A stretch of DNA of 63,966 nucleotides, filler included, from Lenisia limosa (Eukaryota > Protista > Breviatea): NCBI GenBank assembly GCA_001655205.1. It is 22 parts of 22 records of this genome, joined end to end, with 100 filler letters (N's around TTAATTAATTAA, not from the genome) between each part and the next. Parts side by side here need not be neighbours in the genome. Positions count along the whole stretch, not along the records: positions 1 to 1,407 come from LPNZ01007223.1; positions 1,508 to 4,779 come from LPNZ01004524.1; positions 4,880 to 9,603 come from LPNZ01008652.1; positions 9,704 to 11,405 come from LPNZ01002808.1; positions 11,506 to 12,812 come from LPNZ01004820.1; 17 more parts are not named here. One strand, 5' to 3'. Under the pieces are notes generated by a model. It did no database searches. It worked only from the letters and a program-made list of their open reading frames with translations, and was not told the DNA's origin. A program made the translations under genes and the position numbers. Positions 1-12,803 of the stretch are shown piece by piece. The stretch's first letter is position 1; every line of letters begins with the position of its first letter.

Positions 1-122
1 TTGTACACTTGAAGCTGCCCTCTGACCTGTCCTACCTAGCCAAATAAGCGTATAGTATATATATGATATAGTATATAATATACATTATATGACGATGACC
101 TTGTTAAAACCTTATTTTGTAG

Positions 123-1215
123 TGGAACCTTGCCCAGAAGGGCTTGGAGTTAGTGAAGAGTGGGTACAGTCTCTTGTGGACTGGTTTCAGGACGTGAGAA
201 AGGTATGGGGTGTTATTGTTTGTTAGTGATAATGATATTGATGAGAAAGGTATGGATGATGATATGGATGATGGTGGGGTTATGATGGAATGATCATAGT
301 GATGATGGTGATGATGATGTTATTGATAGGTATGATGATGATGGTTGAATTATACGGATGATAAAGTCATCCCTATTCTTTCACTCGTATATATTGAATG
401 TTGTCTTTCACTCACGCTCACGCAAAATAGATATGCCAGCGCCAACGTCAGACTGCGCCTGGACAAAGTCTGCCAACTCGCGGCAACGGCCCGGCCTGGG
501 TTCAAGGCTTTTGTGGGAAGGTCTTTATTATGGGAGTCAAGTAAGGCTTCACTTCGGTTCGAAATAAGGTTTGATATTTTCCTGGGTTTTGCCGAACCGA
601 AGTAAAGCCCAAGGTTCAGGGCTTTTGTGGGGGTGTGTGATTTTTTGTTATTGAGGGGCAAGGAGGAGGTTAAGGCTTTTGTTGGAGATACATAGCTTTG
701 TTTTGGAGATACTATAATCCAATATCTCTTATAAGCGTGANNNNNNNNNNNNNNNNNNNNNNNNNNNNNNNNNNNNNNNNNNNNNNNNNNNNNNNNNNNN
801 NNNNNNNNNNNNNNNNNNNNNNNNNNNNNNNNNNNNNNNNNNNNNNNNNNNNNNNNNNNNNNNNNNNNNNNNNNNNNNNTCTTTCAGCTCAAGACATGAC
901 TTTTTTTTAGACCAAAATGGAATAATTATGAAAGAATCCTGGGAGTACGTCTCGAAAATGTCATTGGTTTGTGGATCTTGGATGATTCAAAGTACCTCTA
1001 ATATTTGTTATTTCCCGATTTCCATCCTGGTTTTTCCTTGTTTTATGTCTCTTTCTCCATAATTCCCCTTTCTCATTTCTCCAAGCCAAATTCCATGTTG
1101 TATTGTTTTTTTTTCTGCATATTTAGCCAGATATAATTTCTTGCTTATTTCGCCTTGATCCTTTGCGTTATTAATTCTCCACCCAGCCAGGAATCAACTA
1201 CAATGACTATGCTAC
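123..1215 (+). CDS. Hypothetical multi-exon gene fragment
   Basis: AG/GT-bounded open exons, e.g. 123-202 (EPCPEGLGVSEEWVQSLVDWFQDVRK) and ~912-967 (PKWNNYERILGVRLENVI). No family recognised. Confidence 0.4.
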
Positions 1216-1407
1216 CTTGTTATAAGATCTCATATGTCTCCTTACTCCCTGATATCATTTCTCGTGTTCACAACCAAACATCAACCTCATAATCCCTTGC
1301 TTATTTCACCAAATTGCGCCATGATTATTTGTTTCATTTAACATTTTTCAGCCAAGCATCAACCACATGGTGCGACACGTGGCAGACCACGCCGCCTCCG
1401 TAATAGG

Positions 1408-1507
1408 NNNNNNNNNNNNNNNNNNNNNNNNNNNNNNNNNNNNNNNNNNNNTTAATTAATTAANNNNNNNNNNNNNNNNNNNNNNNNNNNNNNNNNNNNN
1501 NNNNNNN
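1408..1507. other. Artificial scaffold spacer (44 N + TTAATTAATTAA + 44 N); first of 21
   Basis: The identical 12-mer (stops in all six frames) centred in N runs starts at 1452, 4824, 9648, 11450, 12857, 15294, 17428, 20459, 23721, 27354, 30391, 32387, 43079, 45931, 48910, 50444, 53401, 56054, 57828, 59571 and 62860. Confidence 0.98.
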
Positions 1508-4500
1508 AGAGTTGAGAATAACAAAACCTCTTGGGGGGGGGGGAGAGAAAACGAAAAACAATTTTAAAAAATAAACGATTAGGTGAAAAAAAGGGAGGAG
1601 AAAAGACTCCTACCTGCAGCACTGAGCTCCAAAACGAAACCGTCGGCACTAAAATGTTAAGCGCTAAAACAAAATGAAACATCGAAGGGAGTGTAAGGAT
1701 TTCCCCATGGATTTGGAGTACACAGGCGTATTAAAACCAAAATTTAAGCTCCAATAATTGCCTACCAAAAGACATAAAATTCGCCGGAAGCTGACAATGT
1801 GCATCCAAGGGGGGCGGCCAAAAAGAGTCAAAATCGATATTTATCAAATGAAATTATAGCCTCTTCTCATGGTTACCACACTTGTTTAGCGTATATAAGA
1901 GCTTCACTTTCAATGTGAAATATCGTATTTATCGAGGATTCAGTCTGTTTTGGAACCGATTGTGAAGCTCTTTTCAAAATATTGCCAAAAAAGGACTCCA
2001 TAACCACAGGGGTGATAATCATTAGAATCGGCGATCAAATGATTTGATAACTAAAGATATTGCACTCAAATTACGTATTGCACTCAAATTACGTTTTTTA
2101 AAGATGAGAAAAAAAAAAAAAAAANNNNNNNNNNNNNNNNNNNNNNNNNNNNNNNNNNNNNNNNNNNNNNNNNNNNNNNNNNNNNNNNNNNNNNNNNNNN
2201 NNNNNNNNNNNNNNNNNNNNNNNNNNNNNNNNNNNNNNNNNNNNNGCACAGCTTAATGCTGCCTATACTATTTTTTCACTCAATCTTTTGACTGACAGCT
2301 TGAGCTTCCCTTTTGGTTCCAAAAAAGACTGAATTATCGTTAAATCCTCGACAAATATCGATATTTTATCGGTCTTTTGGAATTGAGAGCGATTCTCCCC
2401 TAATAATTATATCTTTCTCTTTTTTTTAGAAAGGAAGAAGAAGCAATTACACGGACTCTACATACCTGGAGTTCAATAAGGTGCTCCTTTGTTCCAAATG
2501 TGGCAACCAAGGACTTGCCGCGTGCTGCAGAGATTAAAGCGGGAGGGGGAAAGAGAAAAAGAGGGGGGGGGGATTAAAATAAAGAGGAAGAGGAAATACA
2601 GGGGGAAGGGAGGAAAAAATTTTTTTTAGAGGAACAACGAGGAATTTGACTTAAAATTTTCAAAATGGAAGTCGAGAAATATGGTTCAGGGACTTCTTCT
2701 CGAAATTCAAAGTATCTCATCCCTACTCTTTCCCATTGACTTAATTGTGAATTGAATTTCCACTGTGGCTCGCGGACCTTTCCGCTCAATCCCACCTCTA
2801 TCGAATGTATGGAATTCTGTTTTTATTGGTGTATTGTTTCTCTTAAACGTTGGCCAGGCCTTCTTCTGCCTTTTTGCTCTTATTGAACTCATAATACAGA
2901 TTTAACTTCATATTCTGCCTTCCTGGAGTCACTCCTGTTGGGTACCTTTACTCCACAGACAGGTAAACTTGTTGGGTGCTAGGTTCACAAATTCTCTGGG
3001 ATTTTTTTTTTCTTTTCCAACTACCCAGATATTTTGTTCTCCTTCTAATTGAATTGGTAGTGCCATACTTGTTACAGTGGTTTTTGAGGCTGTATTGTTT
3101 TGGTTTTAAATTATCTCCATTTTCAACATTTTCCTTGCCATTTTAATCTCCTCTTTGTTTGTTTTTTGTAGATGACAAAACGACCACCCGACCCAGACCC
3201 CGGCCCCTCCCCAGGCAGTTACCAAACCAAGCATTCTTTCGAGAAGAAAGTTGCCCTTCTCTTCAATGTGATGGCTTCCGTATTAATTGGACGGAACACT
3301 CCTGAAATGTTGAAATCCTTTATACAGACAAGGCCACATGTCTGTCAAGCTTGTATTAAAATGTTTGAAACGTCTTTCCCTTGTATGTTGGGATCAGCAT
3401 CGGTTTTGGTTGGGGATGTAAAACTCTGTGGTTTTGACTAATATCTATACAGTCAAACGGATAAGTCGTGGACTAAAGTTTTCTTTTGGTTTCCGAAGCA
3501 ACTTAAACCATTTTTAATTTCAACGTATTTAGTAGCGGGGTGCGGTCAAAGTGCTGTGTATACATATATATTGTAAAAAGGAGTAGGGGAGGGGATACGG
3601 TTGAGCCAAAAAACAGTATAACACATGACCCTTAGTTAGATCAGAAAAGCATTGCTCTAGGTACACAATTTTTGGTTTGCTAGAGTAGACACTGAAATGA
3701 CAGATATTATTGATGACGACGAAGAAGACGCCGTTGCCACTGTTCAAACCATGCCCAAGTTTTTTATACAGCTCTTGTCACTTTCTTTCCACCGATGTGA
3801 GTCCATGTGTTCCATGGATCACTTTTTGTGGACCTCTGGTGGAGGATTGATCGTTCTAATGGTTCGTCATTATTGAAGATCTTCTCGTAGGTATTTTTCA
3901 AATATCAGTGACAAAGAACTGGATTGACAGAATCACCCATCCCCCTCGGTTCTCAGATACAAGACCAATGATGACAGAGATGTCAAAACTCGAAATCTCG
4001 CAGTCAATGCAACTGTCGTTGGCTGAGAATACGCGTCTCAACGAATGCTTGATTCTTGAATTTGCCATGATATCGCTTTTAATAATGGATTTACATCCAA
4101 AAAGAAGGTTTTTTGTGAGTCTTACTGTGTTAAAATATTTTTATGTTCCTGGGGTTTCCCCCGTCAACTCTACATTTGACATGATTCTGTGACTATATAG
4201 AACTGAAACTTTTAACTGATTAAGAAAAAAGAAGGAAGAAGGGGGGATAGATTTGGAATATTGAGGAGTAATAAAATGAAAAACCAAAGAAATAGAATAA
4301 CCTTTTAGAATAACAGGGGTAACGAAACAAACAGATATTCGAATGAAATTACAAATAAACAAAATCACAGTCAAACATAGAGTATGACGACGTACCTGAG
4401 AGAACAGCAGGGACATGACTGATTGTCCTAGAAAGAGTTAAAGCAGTATCAAAAAGGCCTTAAATGAAAATAGATTTGAGGGTGAAACAACAGCATCAAT

Positions 4501-4879
4501 TAGGTGTATGAACGCCGTCCCCTCCTTGAGCTTCACTTTCAGCTTCCAAAAAAGAATAAATTCTCGTAGGAATCCGGGTATTAATTGCACAATTAATTTG
4601 CAAAATTTAAACTGACTGAGACATATTGTAATATTAACTTAATTTCAGACACTTTGATTTCAATTTTTTTCAAATAATTTCTTCAAAACAAAAAGCAATT
4701 TCACGGAGTCCTAGTAAATCATCATTGAGTATCAATATTACATCTTTGATAAATATCTTATAACCTCAATCTTTTAGAGNNNNNNNNNNNNNNNNNNNNN
4801 NNNNNNNNNNNNNNNNNNNNNNNTTAATTAATTAANNNNNNNNNNNNNNNNNNNNNNNNNNNNNNNNNNNNNNNNNNNN

Positions 4880-7800
4880 GTCATGCCCACCAGTCAAGGC
4901 AGCACCAATATGATGCCCTCCAAATGCCTTTACTATTGCACCTTTCTAAATGGATGAGTTTTTTTTGAATTTATCTGAGAGCCAACTAACCCCAGCAGGA
5001 ATGGTCCAATCAACATAAGTGCCGAAGCTAGAATCAAATGCTGACGGACCAAGAGTTTTGTACTTGTTAACTCCGGCACCATAGAACGTTCCATCGTCTA
5101 CAAGGGTGTAAGCGATTGGTCACTATCAAGGGCTTCAATTCAATTCAGAAAAAAAAAAAAAAAAAAANNNNNNNNNNNNNNNNNNNNNNNNNNNNNNNNN
5201 NNNNNNNNNNNNNNNNNNNNNNNNNNNNNNNNNNNNNNNNNNNNNNNNNNNNNNNNNNNCAGAAGAAAAGCCTTTGTAAATGAAAGAGAATAGGGGCTTT
5301 GATACATCGAAGATTGAAAAGCATAAACAATAAAACAAGCTCTTGTTAAAAAAACCCAATCAAGGAGCTTACTGAGGGTGATAAGTGTGGTTCCGGATCC
5401 CGCACAGAGGTTAACTGCATGCTTCCCATCAGGCATGTTAACCTGCGGCACATTAGCTCCCGCAATAATAAAAAAAATGACCAGTATTTAATCCACGAGA
5501 AGTATTCATCAATTAGATAAGTGATACAGATTAATTAGAAAAACAGGAAAAGCACAAATGGCTGCCCCAATTATTTGGTTCCCTATTCCCACTCACAAGA
5601 GTTGGCACCCCCCCATCAGAGGATCTCATGAGCTGTCCGTTGGAATTGCGGCCCCATGTGTACACAGTGTTGTCACCTTGGAAAGGGTGAATGTGAGCCC
5701 TGAAAACAAAAAGCAATAAAAAAATAATATTACCTAAGGAACTTCAATTTTTTTTTTTTTTTACATGATATGGAACTTAAACAAAAAAAACTAACACATG
5801 GAAATGTCTACTCCAAACTGCAATTCATTAAGAAATGTCAGCCCTGGTTTGCACAAAATATGGTCATATTTTGGACTAAAAAGCCACAAACTGAGTAAAA
5901 CAAGAACGTGACTAAAGCCTTCCATTTGAATGATTGTTTTCCCCAGCGCAGCAGCGTCAAATCGGAGCTGCAAAATGAGACAAAATGATCGACAGGGTAA
6001 ATAAACTTCATCAACAAGCAGCACGATTACTCAGCCATTAAAAAAACAATTACTGACCGTGGGGGTTGAAATTGTGGAAGTGGCTGCAGTTGCGACAAAG
6101 TCGTTCTCATTGTAACCCATGCAATACACCTTGCTTTCTAACTAAGTTATAGGGAGAGGGTGGAGGGAAAATTGGAAAAATAAAACAAGGGAGTGGTAAA
6201 AGAAACCAGGATAGAAACACGAGCACAAGTCAACCACCTGGCCTTACCTGTGTCTGCAGCACAGAAGGCCTTATTGCCTCCAACAATGTGTGTGAAAGCC
6301 CCGGTTCCCCAACCCTCGCCAGCTGATGGGCTGTGTGACGAGGGGTAGAGAAGGGGCGTGCTGCCGCTTGTCTGTCGGAAGTAACAGAAACAGAGGTGAT
6401 TTGGAAAGGGACTGACAAAATCACAATCCAATCCACTTCATCACATTGTGCTGACATAATAATATATCACGCCTTTTCTTAAGATAATAATCCGCGTGTA
6501 CACAAACTCCAATTCTTTTGATCCTCCAAACCATTCCAGCAGAATATTCTGAATTCGTACCGCAGGTAAGGAGGGCTCCGGCTGAAAATTTAGAAATGAT
6601 TCTTAGGTAATGACTTTGTGTTTGTTAACTACACTGCGGGTCACCTTGACAATATGGCACGCGACGTAACACACCAATGTAAGAAAACACATAAATAATT
6701 TCCTATCCACTGCACATAAAACATATTTGATCAAATAGACCTGTTATGATCCAACACTAAAATATCAATATTTAGCGAAGCCCAACAATATAAGAGCACA
6801 AATAATGTATCTAGGTGTCTTGTATATCTCAACATCCGCGATTACTCGCCACCTACAAGAACAGACGTTATCTCCTTCAAACTCCTTTATCTCTCTACAC
6901 GTCTGAATAGTCAATAGGGTTACACGGTTGTGCTGTAAGGAAAGTGGAACAAAAAAAAAAAAAAAAAAAAAAANNNNNNNNNNNNNNNNNNNNNNNNNNN
7001 NNNNNNNNNNNNNNNNNNNNNNNNNNNNNNNNNNNNNNNNNNNNNNNNNNNNNNNAGAGTGAAGCCCTGTATTTTTGTTTTTGCAGTAAAGCTTCAAGGA
7101 TTATCAAGATCCGGCGGTTGAACTGTCCTGTATAGAAGGCCTCATACCAAAGATCTAGGGGTCGCGTAGCCATCACACGTGAAACTACATGTGGTTTGGA
7201 ATGGATACACGCCTAAATATTGGTAAGCAAAACAACAACATTTACCCAGTCTAAATCGTATTTCATGATAATATTAGAAATCCATCTTTCTTAAAACTCG
7301 GCTTTAGGGGAACATGCGGTTGATAGATCTGCCTTGACTCTGTCCTTACCGTCTTTGGTGCAATTAGAGGTAACACTGTTGTCGTCTGGATAAATACAAT
7401 TCACTAAAGGCGTGAACATAATGTTAGGAAATGAGAAGATAATGCATTTCTGTCCCCCGACTTCGGAAATCAACTCATAATGGACAAGAAATCTTCAATT
7501 TTGATCTGCATCCCATCATCACTAACCAGGAACACACTCCACGGTTTCACTCCATCCAGAGTTGAAGTTACACGTCATTGTTTGATTAGTGACCGTAAGT
7601 TCGTATCCAACTTGGCAGGAACCCTAGTAGGTTAAGTTTTGAAGGAACAACATGTAGCTACGTTGATATTCCACGTGAATCCCTAACAAAATATCAACAC
7701 GGCTACCAATAACCCTGGTTGTTAATCCCAACAGACATAAAAGGACAAGAATGCGGAAGAGCCTTCACTGGTCCGCCTAAGATTGGACAATCCGACTTCG

Positions 7801-8116
7801 ATTCCTGCGGGTACTGCAGGGCCGAACAAACACTGAAACACTTGGGAGTCAAAAAAAAAAGAAAGATACTGACTTCGGAAAAAGAGCTATGGTAATATTC
7901 AGAAGTGTTAACAAACGAAACCCAGTTTACTGTATACAATATGAATAACCCCAGGTATTTGAACCACTCACTTCCATATGTTGGGGCATTTTTCACATTA
8001 GTTGGCAGTGAAAACAAAAACTGAACCTCCCCAGAAGAATCAACAACACCTGAAGAAGCATAGACAGCAGCAACACAGAGAATAAGCCAATAAGATAACC
8101 CAACAAGTTGTATCAT
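4880..8116 (-). CDS. Signal-peptide protein with Cys-rich (CCP/sushi-like) modules followed by RCC1/BLIP-II-like repeats; 3' end truncated
   Basis: ATG at 8116 gives the hydrophobic N-terminus MIQLVGLSYWLILCVAAVYAS. Cys-rich exons: GSCQVGYELTVTNQTMTCNFNSGWSETVECVP and YPFQTTCSFTCDGY. RCC1-type exons: GDNTVYTWGRNSNGQL, VYCMGYNENDF, AVNLCAGSGTTLITLS, DDGTFYGAGVNKYKTLG. Confidence 0.72.
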
Positions 8117-8416
8117 TTTTTGGAGAGCTTCCCCTTTCTACGGTCTTGAAGGTATTTCTTGATATTTCTTCTTCTTCCCCAATTCTTTCTCTAATACATA
8201 CACATACAACGACAAACAGGACAATTCCCAAGGCAGAAACTAAAAAGGAATATCTATCTGGGGTTTCCTCAAATTCGTCTCCACCATCACCCCATCTTCT
8301 CCCATCTCTCCAACTCCAACTCTCTAATTCTTTCCAGCCTTTTTTTGACCGAATATAGTGTTTCTCTGTTTCTCTTTTGTCTTTGGTGACTCAATCTGTG
8401 AATCTAAGATAGCAGA

Positions 8417-9555
8417 ATGAAGGAGAAAACTAAAACTCCGAAGTCTGAGAAGAAGGAGCCTTCTAAGAAGAAGCCTGCTATAAGAACAAGTGATGATTCT
8501 GGAGGAAGGGCTTCTCCAACAGCTGAGAAGGTGAAAAAGGAGAAGAAGGCGTCAGAAGAGGGCCGACTCCGTCCCAAGTCAACCAAGGCCTCAGACATTT
8601 CTTCTACATCGCAAAAGGATATTACTTCTAAAGCAAAGTCTAAGAAAGTAGGAGATGAAAAGACCAGGCGAGACGTTCGAGACACAAAAAAGAAGAAGGG
8701 TGATCGTTCTGAGCCTGTTGATTCGAAGGCTGATAAGTTGAAGTTGAAGGACAAAGGCAAGACTGCAAAGGATCGTAGCAATTCAAGACGGGGGAAAAGA
8801 AAGGATGAAGAAGAGGAACAGGAGGAGGAAGAAGCAGAGGCAACACCAGTTGTGGAGTCTGAGGAAGAGCTTAAGCGCAAAGCGCATAGGAATGTGATTG
8901 CCCGTTTCTACGAAGCAGAAGAAAAGAGAAGAGTTGCTCTGGAAGGGGAGAAAACTGTCAGTTGGGTTCTTTCCATTACGTTTCCACTTTTTTTATTGAT
9001 ATGACTTAGGGGTTTGGTTTACCACTTACATTACAGAATGATATGATCTCGATCTCGTTTTCCCTGAGTTTTTATTTGAATATTCCATGGTAATCATTCA
9101 TCATAGCTCAATTAGTGAACCAACACGTTAACAGTAACTCCTGTTCTGTTCGTGTTTCTGCTTCAAATGAACTTTTCTAAGAACATCTTAACGTTCTAGA
9201 AACGGGCTGAAGAAGAGCTGGCTCAAATTGAGAAAGCCAAGAAGCGTTCAGCATCACTCCAGAAGTGGATGTCTAAAAAGAGGGAAGGCGTGCTATCCGA
9301 CAGCTCGGGACATACCCTCGACTATGAGGAGTATGGGAGATCTATTCATTTCAGTCTTGACCCACCCTCAGTAAATTGATAATCATGTCAAACCATTAAC
9401 CTACTATGCTACATATGTTATTTATGAAAAAAAACAACAGTTATATTTTCACCCACCTTCAGCGCACCGCTGCTCTCCGAGCCACTAAATCGAACAATTA
9501 TGACATGCGGTGCTGTCATTGAGTCCCAGGCTGGGAGCCCTCCAAACCTCATCAG
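8417..9555 (+). CDS. Lys/Glu-rich low-complexity protein, 5' part, divergent from the RCC1-repeat gene
   Basis: Long first exon from ATG 8417 (MKEKTKTPKSEKK...). Further in-frame exons near 9200-9330 (KRAEEELAQIEKAKKRSASLQKWM) and 9462-9555. Confidence 0.65.
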
Positions 9556-9845
9556 TGGGGAAAACTCAATACTATTTCTGTAGCTAAATTGGGGGGGGGG
9601 GGGNNNNNNNNNNNNNNNNNNNNNNNNNNNNNNNNNNNNNNNNNNNNTTAATTAATTAANNNNNNNNNNNNNNNNNNNNNNNNNNNNNNNNNNNNNNNNN
9701 NNNCGATGAAGAATATTGGCGAAAGGTACTAATCACGAACCTAAAATATGGAAAAGGTAAAGGAAGGGAGTTGTGAAGATGAGCCAGGAGAGGCAATTAG
9801 AAACAAAAAGCAACATGGGACAAAACAAAGGTTTACACAGGACCC

Positions 9846-11190
9846 ACTCTGAGGCTCTGGAAGATGGGCATAGCGGAGTAGTGCGACACGAAGGACACAG
9901 AAATAAGCGGAAACGCCATAGCAAAGTCCGTGCCAAGGTCGATGGTGAGGTCCGTGTCCTGGGGGATGATGGTTGGTTGTGGGTTGGAGTTGGGGGGTTG
10001 GAGGGGAGCAAAACGAAGGCAATTTTCAAAAAAAAGCCCAAAATCATGGCTAGCAACACACGAGGATTGAAGATAAAAAACAAACAAAGCCCGGGTCAGT
10101 CGCTTCTGCAGCAACGCATCTCATCATTTCCGAGAACGAAAACGAAGTTTCGATGATGTGAAAGCAAAAAGAAAAAAAAACAGTGAAGAAAATATCCGTA
10201 TTTTTGCCTGGGCACAAACAGGTTCTGTTTTCTTAAAAGTCCGTTCTTGAGTTTATAAGTCGTTTCCCATCTTTGGGGGGATGCTGTCTCTCTTTTCGAG
10301 TGGCTTTCTGGTCCAGTACATCTACCATTCGGCAAAAATGCTATCCTCAACTCTTAGGGTTTGGTTAACCAATTCAATGTTGCAGCAAAGCTGGCATTGT
10401 TTTTTAAAAAAAGTGTTGGTAAGCTTGTTAAGTTCGATGGTATTCTCTTGAGGGGACGGCGATACTGGATCAGCATGCGTCTTTTTTAGGAGTGAGTACA
10501 TCGAGATTTACTGTTGTTGTTTTTGGATGAGAGCATAACAGCAATAAACCAACCAGCACTATAACCACCCACATCAGCAAGCTTGTCATCCTCCTCATCC
10601 TCGTATAGGCGGTACATGTTGACCCCTACGGCCATGGTCACGAAGATCAAGGACAGGAATGACGTGAATCGAAGCTTGTTCAGATCTGTGTGATCAGATT
10701 ATGATTCTGGGTTTTTGAGAGCAATAATCATTGAATTGTATTCAAATCTAGGAATGCAGAACTTTCTGTACTGGGTTTTGGGGGGGGGGGGGGGNNNNNN
10801 NNNNNNNNNNNNNNNNNNNNNNNNNNNNNNNNNNNNNNNNNNNNNNNNNNNNNNNNNNNNNNNNNNNNACTCGGTTGGCTGACAACACACAAGGATAACA
10901 ACAAAACAAATAAATGCAGCACTGTGAGGGGGGGCGGACGCAGTTCCCTTTTGTAAAAAAAAAAGATGCCGAATTGCAAAAAACAAAAACAAAACATGAA
11001 TTGCGGTCTTAAAACAAGAGCCCCTCCTCATCGACATCGGAATGAGAACCCTCCCCTAACCTCTAATCATCGACATCGGAATGAGAACCAAAGCAGCCAC
11101 AATGAGGATAACCTGAAAGAATGACAGGGGACGAGTGGGATTTTATTTCGGGACCAAAATGACAAAGTACTGTGTACGATATATAAAACC
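9846..11190 (-). CDS. Amino-acid transporter, Aa_trans/SLC38-like, internal fragment
   Basis: Spliced exons read VILIVAALVLIPMSMIR-DLNKLRFTSFLSLIFVTMAVGVNMYRL and DLGTDFAMAFPLISVSFVSHYSAMPIFQSL. These match the SLC38 LPLSxxR...L..TS and FAFxCHxxxxPIYxEL motifs. Confidence 0.8.
9959..10127 (-). repeat. Family B intronic repeat, full copy running into the acceptor
   Basis: ATGATGAGATGCGTTGCTGCAGAAGCGACTGACCCGGGCTTTG...CCCCCAG, immediately before a transporter exon. Confidence 0.85.
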
Positions 11191-12571
11191 CTGATAAATA
11201 AATATGGATATTGTCAAGGGTTTTTTTCAGACTGGAGCAAAAACCTAGGGAAAACAAAGTGGGGAAATGGGACACATGCAACACAATGAAGATAGGTCTT
11301 GAAAAATATGAGGAAATGAGATATAAAATTCTTCATCCCAGAAAGCAAGCCCCAACCCGAAAGAATAACGATAAGCAAGGGGGGGGGGTGTAAGAATAAC
11401 GATAANNNNNNNNNNNNNNNNNNNNNNNNNNNNNNNNNNNNNNNNNNNNTTAATTAATTAANNNNNNNNNNNNNNNNNNNNNNNNNNNNNNNNNNNNNNN
11501 NNNNNTCTCAATAATATCATATAGTATGTACAGTATATACTATAATACATCATATGATAGAATATAAAGTTCAGTTCAATTGTGAATAGTGCCCCCCCAC
11601 ACACTTTTTTTTTAAAATGTTTCATTTTCACCCCTCTCTGTCATATTGTGTTATCTCAAGGTTTTGTTTTTCTCTTTTGTTACTAATTCAAACAGTATAT
11701 CACTCCTCTCTCCCCCATACGAGACATCAGAGAATTGACCGTAAAGGTTTTAGAAACCCAGGGCTGATACACTCCAGTACTGAGGTCGAAGATTCTTGTC
11801 TTGATGGGTTAGGAAACTGCCTAATAAGGAAGGTGTGGTGATAATCAATACAAATGCCTAATATGGAAGGTGTGGAAATTCTTGTCTTGAAGAATTTGAA
11901 AACTGCCTTATATGGAAGGTCTCGTGATAACCAGTATAACTGCCTAAAATGGAAAGCGTGGTGATAATCAAAATGGCTGTGTACGGATTATCTGACACAA
12001 AATCATCTAAAAATGAATAAACCTTGAAAAAAAAACAAACGCTCTTTTTCAATGGTTAAGAAAGGACTTTATCAATAAACTTAGATTTTGCGCGAAAAAT
12101 CGATCGACAAAAAAAGGCTTCTATCTTCAACGAAAAAGAAACCGGGGCAAGTTGGCGCTTTGAGTTGAGTTACTTCGTTGGCTCATTGGTTAAAGCAGTT
12201 GTCTGTCACACAAAAGGACCGGACGATTTTCAAGTCAAAATAATGAACGAAGATAACCCGAGGGATGTGTGAATAATATGTACCTATCATATCATATTAT
12301 GCACAGCTCACCATTAAAGCAAGATTTCCATCAACTCTATCACCCCAGTGTACAAGATTGTTCAGACTTATGCATATACTAACACTACTTCGCATGATTG
12401 AATAATATCATATTATACATATTGATATCAAGCTAGTGGAATATCGGATTTTGAGACACTTTTTCCTTTAGTCTTGTATATGATATACTAGTGTGTATTT
12501 GATGATGACCCTTAGTATACATGTATATCCACTTAAATAATATCTGTGTATGATATAATACTGCAGCTCAC

Positions 12572-12672
12572 CATTACAGCAAGGTTGTCATCAGCCCCGA
12601 CATCCGCAAGAACGTTTTCCAGTGAGAAGTGCATCATGGGGTACACCGATGTCATGAGCGTCAAGAGGAGGG
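12572..12672 (-). CDS. Exon of a probable Aa_trans-family transporter (C-terminal part)
   Basis: 101-nt exon between cctccag and gtgagc reading LLLTLMTSVYPMMHFSLENVLADVGADDNLAVM. It lies on a different scaffold from the 9846-11190 fragment. Confidence 0.45.
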
Positions 12673-12803
12673 CTGGAGGGATAAAATGGGAAATTCTGTG
12701 AAACAACAATAAACCCTAAATCAACTCTGTTGGCTGACAACACAAGGGTTGATAACAACAAAACAAAGCCCATGCAAGTCGCTTCTGAAGCACCATCCAT
12801 CAC
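12673..12803 (-). repeat. Family B intronic repeat, full copy ending at the acceptor
   Basis: GTGATGGATGGTGCTTCAGAAGCGAC...ATCAACCCTTGTGTTGTCAGCCAACAGAGTTGATTT...CCCTCCAG. Confidence 0.9.

Noticed and set aside
1452-1463. Regularly recurring TTAATTAATTAA palindrome (21 times)
   Set aside because: It is always centred in exactly 44+44 Ns. This is an artificial six-frame-stop contig linker, not a biological repeat, and the ORFs ending in LIN or N at these sites are artefacts.
3960-4200. TGA-as-Trp alternative genetic code suggested by one frame with several TGAs
   Set aside because: Recognisable genes in the window use TGG for conserved Trp, and the Tc1 transposase ends at TGA. No consistent recoding signal was found.
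10115-10127. Family B as a box C/D snoRNA (ATGATGA at the 5' end)
   Set aside because: Box C is exact in only one copy (others read GTGATGG), and there is no conserved CTGA near the 3' end or terminal stem.
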